Part shown: positions 1 to 6,699 of the stretch, piece after piece
Layout of the letters: each line of letters begins with the position of its first letter
Position numbering within the stretch: the stretch's first letter is position 1
Virus record (IMG/VR): IMGVR_UViG_3300029167_000082
Source: a virus
Lineage: Duplodnaviria > Heunggongvirae > Uroviricota > Caudoviricetes
DNA length: 11,389 nucleotides
Reading direction: 5' to 3' (one strand)
Notes under the pieces: generated by a model
The model's database searches: none
Told to the model about the DNA's origin: nothing
What the model saw: only the letters and a program-made list of their open reading frames with translations
Made by a program: the position numbers and the translations under genes

Positions 1-642
1 TCATTCTTCACCCACCAATTCATCCAGTTCAGCCAGCGTCAGAGGCTTTGGTACAGGCTTGTCGATATCGCCCATAATGCGCTGGAAGTTTCTGGCGGGC
101 ATATGGTTACGGTTCTCCAGTATTTTCGCCAGCGCGATAACATCCCACCATTTCAGGGTAATCAGCGCCTGAGCGCGGGAAAGGGATATTCGCTGTATAT
201 CGGCGTCCTCCCCACCAGCTACCCGGTATACCTCGGATAAATCACGAACATTTTTCATATCTGCTTTCCCGGACGTTTCCATCAGTGCGTCAATATCATC
301 CTCCGTATAGCGTGATTGCGCGACGATACCAGCCAGAGAGATAACCATAGCCCGGCATACCTGGTCTATCAGACGTAACCTGGTGTCATCATTCGAGAGG
401 GTGTAAGACTTAACCTCAGCCACATTCCGTGGATAGTTGGCGTGCCATACCGCGACAGCTCCACATTCATCAACATCGCCGCTAAGGTAGGTTTTTGCCA
501 CTCGGTTATTACCCGATAACGCAATTTCTACCTCCTGTATGCCGAAAAACCATGCGGCTATCGCATGACCTGCTTCATGTATTGCAAGATGTCTGGGCCA
601 GCGATAGCTGCCGAACTCAATAATGATGGGTTGCGTACTCAT
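1..642 (-). CDS. FtsH-like (M41-type) zinc metallopeptidase-domain protein, 213 aa
   Basis: ORF-track frame 1..720. HEAGHAIAAW (HExxH zinc-binding motif, identical to the FtsH HEAGHA core) lies 19 aa from the proposed start. Start placed at ATG 640..642 (MSTQPIII) because GAGAGGGAAG lies just upstream and it leaves a 10-nt gap after the SSB stop. TGA stop occupies 1..3, so the CDS is complete at the window edge. Confidence 0.7.
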   Translation of the reverse strand: MSTQPIIIEFGSYRWPRHLAIHEAGHAIAAWFFGIQEVEIALSGNNRVAKTYLSGDVDECGAVAVWHANYPRNVAEVKSYTLSNDDTRLRLIDQVCRAMVISLAGIVAQSRYTEDDIDALMETSGKADMKNVRDLSEVYRVAGGEDADIQRISLSRAQALITLKWWDVIALAKILENRNHMPARNFQRIMGDIDKPVPKPLTLAELDELVGEE

Positions 643-652
643 ATCTTCCCTC

Positions 653-1087
653 TCAGAATGGCGTTTCATCGTCGAATGGTGGGCGTTGGTCGTATTCATC
701 ACGGGATGGCTGCTGCGCACGTCTCAGCGCGTCCGTTGCCTGTCCCCGCTGTCCTGCCTTCCCGCCGGGGCGTACCGTTCTGGCGCTGATCACACTGTCG
801 GCTACTACCTGATACCCCTGCTGTGTACCGCCGTCCTGCCCTGTCCACTGGTTGAGTTGCATATTGCCTGCCACGCTCACAAGGTCGCCTTTCTGGTGCT
901 TCGCCAGCGCATCGGCCTGCTTCCCAAAAGCAATAACGCCCAGCCAGAAGGTTGACTCTCCCGCCTCTGCCGCATTACAGGGGAGAGACACCGCCAGCCG
1001 CGCCATAGCCATGTTGTTACCGTTCGTTGTGGTGCGGGTCTGGGGATCTGCCACCAGCCGCCCGTATGCTGAAATTTGTGCTGTCAT
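653..1087 (-). CDS. ssb: Single-stranded DNA-binding protein (SSB-like), 144 aa
   Basis: OB-fold-like pattern (GRLVADPQ..R.T..G, W..V.AFGK.A, KGDLVSV.G, Y.VVAD.V), a Gly/Gln-rich linker and an acidic C-terminal tail DDETPF resembling the SSB DDDIPF tip. GAGGAA RBS 8 nt upstream of the ATG. Start overlaps the stop of the upstream gene (ATGA). Confidence 0.8.
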   Translation of the reverse strand: MTAQISAYGRLVADPQTRTTTNGNNMAMARLAVSLPCNAAEAGESTFWLGVIAFGKQADALAKHQKGDLVSVAGNMQLNQWTGQDGGTQQGYQVVADSVISARTVRPGGKAGQRGQATDALRRAQQPSRDEYDQRPPFDDETPF

Positions 1088-1386
1088 AGATATTTCCTCA
1101 TGTAGTCACTACCTCCGGGGCTAATTTTCATTTCTTCCCTTAAAGGCCACTGCTCCGCCATTGCTGCGGTCGAGTGATTCCCGTCATCACGTCCGGCCTG
1201 TGCCGCCGTCCAGTGTGTTGCATATTCTGTAAATCCAATTTCTGCTGGCTGCCTCATCCAGTGGGCGATCATCCTCAAGGTCATTTGCAGGCTTTGGGTG
1301 TCGCCCTGTAATGCGCGTTTGTCAGTAAACCCCTTCAATGCTTCACGCTCCTGATAGGTCATTTTCTGGCTGGTTTCTGTATTCAT
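1084..1386 (-). CDS. Hypothetical protein, 100 aa
   Basis: ORF-track frame 1084..1449. Start chosen at ATG 1384..1386 (MNTETSQ) because GAAGGTGG lies 5 nt upstream. Stop overlaps the ssb start, suggesting translational coupling. No motif recognised. Confidence 0.55.
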   Translation of the reverse strand: MNTETSQKMTYQEREALKGFTDKRALQGDTQSLQMTLRMIAHWMRQPAEIGFTEYATHWTAAQAGRDDGNHSTAAMAEQWPLREEMKISPGGSDYMRKYL

Positions 1387-1437
1387 TGCCCACCTTCGTT
1401 TTAAGCTACCCCCCATAGAATCTTTTTGGGGGTGTAA

Positions 1438-1684
1438 TATCCCTACCAATCCCTACTAACTGGCTCAGGCCACGAATGGCAAGGCTTTCAGACTGGTAGG
1501 CATTCAATTTTGTTGCCCTACATAACCCTACTTATCCCTACTAAATCACTTCAACGGCATTTTACTGCCTGTTTTATTTGGTAGGGATATGTAGGGATAA
1601 GTAGGGATAAAAATATATATCCCTACCTAGTTTAAAGCCTTGCTACGTCTGGCCTCGTCTCGTTTTTAGTAGGGCAGTAGGGAT
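1438..1684. repeat. Iteron array (CCCTAC / GTAGGG hexamer core, unit roughly TATCCCTAC) with an AT-rich stretch; putative origin of replication
   Basis: CCCTAC on plus at 1441, 1451, 1516, 1526, 1536, 1621; its complement GTAGGG at 1581, 1591, 1601, 1669, 1677. Three clusters have exact 10-bp phasing. AAAATATATAT at 1610..1620. Lies directly downstream of the primase-helicase gene. Confidence 0.65.
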
Positions 1685-1703
1685 AAGTGCCGCCGTAAAA
1701 GTT

Positions 1704-4145
1704 TCAATCATCACTCTGCCCGCTCTCCACACCGTAAGCGCGTGGCATGAACTCCTCAGCCTTCTCGTTATAGCCAACGTTGGTTTGCGCTCTGCCGTTA
1801 ATGCTTCTCGTCAGGTAGCTGGCTCGGTACTCTTTTGCTGCTGATTTTATGGCGCGTGAAAACTTATTGACGGAAAGCGGTTTACCCAAACCGTGATACT
1901 CCATAAACGCCAGATAAAGATGATAAAGATACGTCCTAGGCTCTGGCTGGCCTGCCCATGTACCTCCGCCCATCATCATGCCTTTGGGTTCGTTCATGAA
2001 AAAAAGTGCCGCACACATATCGATAACCGGATCTGTGCCGCGTTTAACGTCTAGCGCCTCCTGAGAATCGCGCTGCTCAAGTAATAGTGACTTTGCTTTG
2101 TTCTGGTCGGCAAAGGTGGTTAGCAGGTGGCGGATAATCACCGGGATTTCTCGCCTGATTTTTGCGGTTAAATCCGGGTCTTTGTCTGCGTCTGATACCG
2201 GGTTATTAAACGGGAATATCACGCGGCGGCGGGCAATGCCCCCGTTTCGCTCCGTGAATGTCATCGGCTCGTTATTGGTTGCCATAACAACGGCATTTAT
2301 CACGGTTGTGAACTGCTTTTCATATTTCCCATCAATCTCTACCGGATCGCCGCCCGTAATGGCTTTAATCCCCGCACCCTCTCCAACATAGCGGGTCTGG
2401 TCAGGCATAATAATCAGGCTTTTTCCTACGAACTGCGCCCGTCCCCGTGCGGTGTCCAGCGTCATCATGCTACCGCTGGCGGTGTTGTGTTCACCTGCCA
2501 GCGTGGTTGCTATGCTGCTGAATACGGATTTCCCACTACCGCCCTCGCCAGTTATCTCAATGAATAGCTGCCAGTCGTGACGCTTCGCCAGCACCATAAA
2601 CAAGGCTGCTTTGATACGCTCGGCCTTATGATGGTCGCCAGCCGTTGCATGATTCAGCCAACGGGTAAAATTGGGGGCGCTGGTGGTAATATTTTCCCCC
2701 GGCGCTGGCGGGGTGTAGGTGATCCCATTGTGGTTCATCAGCCAGTTACCCGGCGAATGGGCGGAAAACGTCTGCGTAGCGAGGTCATAAACGCCGTTAT
2801 CAAAACCAATCAGATCCCCGCTCCGCTCACCAATTACCGGTATTTGCAGCTTCATGGTTGCGACAACCGATTTAATCCCCTTTTCGGTGTAGTGGGCTTC
2901 GTGCTCGTCGAAAATTGCCACCATAACCCTTTCTAATTCGCTGTCTGGTAGCTTCACCCATACGCCAGATTCGTAGCAGTAAACAGTGCCACTATCAGGG
3001 TTAACCGCCAACATATCCCATCGAGATGAAAGCAACCGCGCTTTCTGGCTGGCTGCCATTTGTGCAATATCTCCGACATCGGCTTTACGGCGGGATTTAC
3101 CGCCCTCAATGGCTTGCAATCGCGGTTTCACGGCTTCCCCTTGAATCTGGTACATCGAATCGTTAAACGCAGCCGTAGCGACTTCCAGCCCGTTTTGCTG
3201 GCGGTAGTCGTCCCAGTCGGCTTTGTAGTCTGTCGGCGGCAGTGCCACCCAGCCAGCCACGGATAAGGCGGCTTTCTCTGCGGCATCTTTGCCCGTGTTC
3301 GCCTGTTCGTCCTGCTGGTGGTCGTTATCTGCGGCAATGATAATCTGCGTGGCTGGATATATCCGGCGCATCACTTCGGCAACGGGTAGCAGGTTGCCCG
3401 CGTCAATTGCTGCCACTGCCAGCGCGTCCGGGCGCATCAGGTGAACTGAAAGGGCCGTCGCCAGCCCCTCGGCAATTAAAACGCTCTGCGGCGATTCTGG
3501 CGCGTTTACGGCGTGATATGCCCCGCGCTTTGCTGAACCTGTCAGGAGTCGCTTCTCTCCCTGCGGTGTAATGGTTTGCGCTGCTGCCACTGCGCCGGAT
3601 TCGTCCACCAGCTCCAGCAATAACGAACCATCCGGCATAACCGGATAGTTAAACCCGGTCAGCCCTTTTGATTGCAGGTAATCAGATTCGCCCTGTGTGG
3701 CACTCTGGCGCATTCCGGCATACAGATGGGCAAACGTAGCCCTTCGCTGCTCTGCGTCATCTGCTGCCTGTTGCTGGCGCTCCTGCTCACGCTGCTGGCG
3801 GTCAGCTTCCAGTTGCTCCCTTCTCTGGCTCGCTGCCGCCGGGTCGGTTTGCGCTGCCCGGTAATCAATACCCAGCACATCAGCGGCAAGCTGTGCCGCC
3901 TCTGTGGTGTCGCAGTTGTTCACCTTCTTAATCAGGTCTAAGCCGTCGCCCGCGCCGCATTGGTTACAGATAAAGCTACCGCGACCGTTGTCGTCGAACC
4001 GGAAGCGATCCGTACCGCCACATGCAGGGCAGGGGGCATGACGGCGTGATGAATCAGGCACGTCGATAGACAGGCCAGCCAGCACATAAGGCCAGCGCCC
4101 TGCTGCGGCGCTGGTCACTTCGCGGATAAGGTCGATATTACGCAT
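1704..4145 (-). CDS. P4 alpha-type bifunctional DNA primase / helicase (zinc-binding N-terminus, TOPRIM primase, P-loop NTPase/helicase), about 813 aa
   Basis: ORF-track frame 1704..4178. N-terminal CPACGG...CNQCG zinc-finger-like motif; TOPRIM-like IAEGLATALS and IIAADNDHQ; Walker A GEGGSGKS. Start placed at ATG 4143..4145 (MRNIDLI) because AGGAGG lies 5 nt upstream; the alternative ATG at 4176..4178 lacks an RBS. Confidence 0.85.
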   Translation of the reverse strand: MRNIDLIREVTSAAAGRWPYVLAGLSIDVPDSSRRHAPCPACGGTDRFRFDDNGRGSFICNQCGAGDGLDLIKKVNNCDTTEAAQLAADVLGIDYRAAQTDPAAASQRREQLEADRQQREQERQQQAADDAEQRRATFAHLYAGMRQSATQGESDYLQSKGLTGFNYPVMPDGSLLLELVDESGAVAAAQTITPQGEKRLLTGSAKRGAYHAVNAPESPQSVLIAEGLATALSVHLMRPDALAVAAIDAGNLLPVAEVMRRIYPATQIIIAADNDHQQDEQANTGKDAAEKAALSVAGWVALPPTDYKADWDDYRQQNGLEVATAAFNDSMYQIQGEAVKPRLQAIEGGKSRRKADVGDIAQMAASQKARLLSSRWDMLAVNPDSGTVYCYESGVWVKLPDSELERVMVAIFDEHEAHYTEKGIKSVVATMKLQIPVIGERSGDLIGFDNGVYDLATQTFSAHSPGNWLMNHNGITYTPPAPGENITTSAPNFTRWLNHATAGDHHKAERIKAALFMVLAKRHDWQLFIEITGEGGSGKSVFSSIATTLAGEHNTASGSMMTLDTARGRAQFVGKSLIIMPDQTRYVGEGAGIKAITGGDPVEIDGKYEKQFTTVINAVVMATNNEPMTFTERNGGIARRRVIFPFNNPVSDADKDPDLTAKIRREIPVIIRHLLTTFADQNKAKSLLLEQRDSQEALDVKRGTDPVIDMCAALFFMNEPKGMMMGGGTWAGQPEPRTYLYHLYLAFMEYHGLGKPLSVNKFSRAIKSAAKEYRASYLTRSINGRAQTNVGYNEKAEEFMPRAYGVESGQSDD

Positions 4146-4479
4146 GGTTGCCTCCTGCCACGGTCGCGCCCATATCATTAATCATGCTTTGCCATATCTC
4201 GCGCCCGGTATCAGTCAGGCCACCAGCATTGACGCATTTCTCCAGCATGGTGATCCCGATGCTTTCCCACTGAGGGTATGTCTCTTTGAGTGCTTCGAGC
4301 GCGTAACCATCAATAAGTTGGCGCGTGCCACTGATACCGCCCACCAGTTCCACACGGATTTGCTGGCCTGCCGCGTCAACCATGAAGTAATTGCCACCAT
4401 TGATAGCCGTGATGTGGTTGTAAAGTGCCGCCGCGTACTGGTTCGCCAGCGCATTCAGTCGGAAGTTTTTGGTAATCAT
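4138..4479 (-). CDS. Hypothetical protein, 113 aa
   Basis: ORF-track ORF. GAGGGGG RBS 5 nt upstream of the ATG. Its 3' end overlaps the primase start by 8 nt. No motif recognised. Confidence 0.55.
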   Translation of the reverse strand: MITKNFRLNALANQYAAALYNHITAINGGNYFMVDAAGQQIRVELVGGISGTRQLIDGYALEALKETYPQWESIGITMLEKCVNAGGLTDTGREIWQSMINDMGATVAGGNHA

Positions 4480-4488
4480 GTCGCCCCC

Positions 4489-5115
4489 TCAGTGCGCCGC
4501 TGGCATTTCAGGCCAGCCGTTTTCATCCAGATCAGCAATGAAGTGATCGTGTAGCTCTGCCAGCGTTTCACGTCCGAACGGGGTCAGCTCGCCGCGCTCC
4601 GTATCCAGCATGGCGCGGTAGAACACAATGGCGTTCTCTGTTCCCTGCTCAACGCCGTAGCGCTCAATCATTGCGCCCTCGATGTTGTTCGCCATCGCCA
4701 GCCGTTCAGCAAACGGGTAAACCACCATGCCCGCATTACCATTGGAGTAAATCGCCACCTGCGATGATGTGCCGTCAGCCTCAGTAACCGTGGTGGTGCC
4801 GTTCTCGCGCTTCATCTCAGAAACGAACGTCGCAGCAATCAGCCAGCGCCACATAGTGACGTTATGCTGCGCGGTGAAGTCGAACCAGCCACGCTCCCCG
4901 CCGTCAGCCACTGCCAGATGCAGGGTAAATCCTTCATCAGGGATGTCGTCATACCTGCCGCTATCGAGATGAGTTACCGCGTCTGAATAGGGAACAAGGC
5001 AAACATGCTCATACATCCCGGCATCATTGCGGGTCATGATATTGACGCCGTGCGGTGTGGCTTCGGCGTGGAACAGGTCGGGATTTCCCGGTTTAATGGT
5101 CAGTATATTGCTCAT
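4489..5115 (-). CDS. Hypothetical protein, 208 aa
   Basis: ORF-track ORF. GGGAGGG RBS about 7 nt upstream. Start overlaps the stop of the upstream 73-aa gene (ATGA). No motif recognised. Confidence 0.6.
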   Translation of the reverse strand: MSNILTIKPGNPDLFHAEATPHGVNIMTRNDAGMYEHVCLVPYSDAVTHLDSGRYDDIPDEGFTLHLAVADGGERGWFDFTAQHNVTMWRWLIAATFVSEMKRENGTTTVTEADGTSSQVAIYSNGNAGMVVYPFAERLAMANNIEGAMIERYGVEQGTENAIVFYRAMLDTERGELTPFGRETLAELHDHFIADLDENGWPEMPAAH

Positions 5116-5333
5116 GCTTTGCCCTCCCGATATTCACGCATCACATAGTCAGCCAGCTTGCTTTCGGCTTCTTCCATTGCCTCCGGGACGCCATGCAGCA
5201 AAGTGAGGATTGAACCGATAAGACGCGGAAGGTCGGGGCTAGTGTCTTTGTTGGTGCTCTCCAGCCACATGGATAAAACAGCCTGTGCCGGTTCAATCTG
5301 GCAGGCAGCATCAATCAGTTGTAACTGGCTCAT
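5112..5333 (-). CDS. Small hypothetical protein, 73 aa (paralog of the adjacent 59-aa ORF)
   Basis: ORF-track ORF with GGAGAG RBS. Shares the pattern AQ.VL.MWL...(acidic)...L..L with the neighbouring 59-aa ORF. ATGA overlaps at both ends. Confidence 0.5.
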   Translation of the reverse strand: MSQLQLIDAACQIEPAQAVLSMWLESTNKDTSPDLPRLIGSILTLLHGVPEAMEEAESKLADYVMREYREGKA

Positions 5334-5509
5334 TTGTCACTCTCCACTGCCAGCGCATCGGCCAGCCCGTCTAAGATTGTCAGCACCGCATCCACCATAT
5401 CGGGCGCTTCCCCGTCGTCGGTGGTCATGGTGTGAAGCCACATGGTGAGGACGGTCTGCGCCTGTTGGATTCTGCACATTACTTCACTAACGCTTAGTCC
5501 CTGTTTCAT
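5330..5509 (-). CDS. Small hypothetical protein, 59 aa (not in the supplied ORF track; paralog of the 73-aa ORF)
   Basis: Hand-translated: ATG at 5507..5509 preceded by GGGAGGGG 6 nt upstream, reading MKQGLSVSEVMCRIQQAQTVLTMWLHTMTTDDGEAPDMVDAVLTILDGLADALAVESDK, TGA at 5330..5332. Both ends overlap neighbours in ATGA fashion. Confidence 0.45.
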   Translation of the reverse strand: MKQGLSVSEVMCRIQQAQTVLTMWLHTMTTDDGEAPDMVDAVLTILDGLADALAVESDK

Positions 5510-5703
5510 CGCTTCCCCTCCCGTTCTGCCAATTCTTCAATCAGCCATGCGGTAACGTCACCGGAAAGGCGCTTTAGCGGAGTGGCGATTGCGGATACTT
5601 CGCTATCGGCAAGGTGATGGGGGAAGTCTTCAACCAGACGGGCAATTATTTCAGTCTGGTGCGCGCGTTCTGCGGCCTGCTCTAAGGTGAGTTCACGGCT
5701 CAT
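5506..5703 (-). CDS. Small hypothetical protein, 65 aa
   Basis: ORF-track ORF. GGAGGTGG RBS 5 nt upstream. ATGA overlap with the Icd-like gene stop. No motif recognised. Confidence 0.5.
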   Translation of the reverse strand: MSRELTLEQAAERAHQTEIIARLVEDFPHHLADSEVSAIATPLKRLSGDVTAWLIEELAEREGKR

Positions 5704-5888
5704 GCTGCCACCTCCAGACGGATGCGGCCTGCAAAGAAACAGACGTGATCTCGTGCCAGAGTTTGACGTGCTTCGCGCTCGCTTTCGGCAGCAACATGAT
5801 GGATTTTGGCGGTAATTGTCGGCATGTCGCGGCGAACGGCTGCGATTAACCAGATAAATTGTGGATTTTGGGTAGGGGTAGTAGCCAT
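5700..5888 (-). CDS. Small protein, 62 aa, possibly Icd-like (host cell division inhibitor family as annotated in P4-like islands)
   Basis: C-terminal 62 codons of ORF-track frame 5700..6578. Internal ATG at 5886..5888 (MATTPTQNPQF) is preceded by a strong AAGGAGG RBS. The Icd-like assignment is from recalled resemblance only and is not verified. Confidence 0.5.
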   Translation of the reverse strand: MATTPTQNPQFIWLIAAVRRDMPTITAKIHHVAAESEREARQTLARDHVCFFAGRIRLEVAA

Positions 5889-6077
5889 GATGGCAGCCTC
5901 CTTTGTGTTTAAGGAGTCACCGCCTGAGTTTCCACGCTCTGAAATGGCGGTGACGTTAGCAGGGGTGGAAATACCGGACACAAAGGAAACCGGCCTACGC
6001 GAACGTAGCCCCACTAACGCCACCATAGATACAGTACGGACGAGGCCGCTGATTTGATGTGCGTAGTGAACGGACAC

Positions 6078-6100
6078 AAAAAAAGACGCTTTCGGCGTCT
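6078..6100 (-). terminator. Rho-independent terminator inside the non-coding control region
   Basis: Minus-strand RNA reads AGACGC-CGAAA-GCGUCU followed by six U: stem 6084..6089 / 6095..6100, loop 6090..6094, A-run on plus at 6078..6083. Lies about 190 nt upstream of the Icd-like start. Confidence 0.6.
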
Positions 6101-6155
6101 GTGTCGCCCTGAGTGTGTTCGGGTTTCCACGCCCGGTTGCTGATTTTGCAGCAAC
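6078..6155 (-). ncRNA. Candidate ~75-80 nt small RNA (possible P4 CI / P1 c4-type immunity RNA analogue)
   Basis: Extended -10-like TGTTATAGT on the minus strand (hexamer at plus 6162..6167) about 7 nt upstream of a run that folds as hairpin 6136..6155 (GTTGCTG / CAGCAAC), hairpin 6120..6135 (CGGG-TTTCCACG-CCCG) and the terminator hairpin. Prediction by eye only. Confidence 0.3.
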
Positions 6156-6516
6156 ACTGGGACTATAACACTGATTTTCCTGCTGGTGGTCTGACCTGTA
6201 GGTACTGCCCTTTTTTACATAGTCCGAAAACTCCCCAGACGGGCGCGTAATGCTCCGAAAACTCAAGACAGCGGAATAATTTTCCACTGGCGTAGTGTTG
6301 TCAGAAAAAACTTTCTCGCGCGTACTGGTCACGAAATGCGAAAAAAACTTAGGATTTATTAGGATTCGCAGCCCAATTCTCAGCCCAGAAAACGCCTCTA
6401 AAATGTCGTCATTTGTCGCAACGGCGCGGCGATGAATGTCAGGTTTTGACAGGTTGTAAGGGTTAACATTTGCTAACAGGCCAGCCAGATTAAAGGCTTC
6501 TTTCTGGGCGGCAGGT

Positions 6517-6699
6517 TCATTCAGTATCACGGCGCACCTCCACGAACTCATTAACGAATCTCTCCAAAGGCTGAACACATGGCGACTGATAGCCCTCGCG
6601 GTAAAAGGTCACTCGGTTATGCTCGACGCGCTCAACGGTCACTACAGCCCCGTGAGAATCCTTGTAACGGCTTCCCGGCTGGGGGTTTTGGTTACGCAT
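6517..6699 (-). CDS. Small hypothetical protein, 60 aa
   Basis: ORF-track ORF. Its start overlaps the antirepressor stop by 8 nt, so it is the last gene of the alpA-led operon. No motif recognised. Confidence 0.5.
   Translation of the reverse strand: MRNQNPQPGSRYKDSHGAVVTVERVEHNRVTFYREGYQSPCVQPLERFVNEFVEVRRDTE

Noticed and set aside
643-720. Longer metallopeptidase N-terminus (start at 720) and longer 100-aa ORF N-terminus (start at 1449)
   Set aside because: The extensions would overlap the upstream gene or the iteron region and lack an RBS; the internal starts have good SD sequences.
1438-1684. CRISPR array as an explanation for the clustered short repeats
   Set aside because: The repeat units are only 6-10 bp, occur in both orientations with 10-bp phasing and have no uniform spacers; this is iteron-like, not CRISPR-like.
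4146-4178. Longer primase N-terminus starting at ATG 4176..4178 (MIWARPWQEATM...)
   Set aside because: No SD before that ATG and it would overlap the upstream gene by about 40 nt, whereas ATG 4143..4145 has AGGAGG 5 nt upstream.
5889-6578. The 230-codon upstream extension of the Icd-like frame as a real protein-coding gene
   Set aside because: It contains an intrinsic terminator, overlaps the 60-aa gene, and the strong RBS is at the internal ATG. Kept as a finding because the frame openness is statistically unusual.
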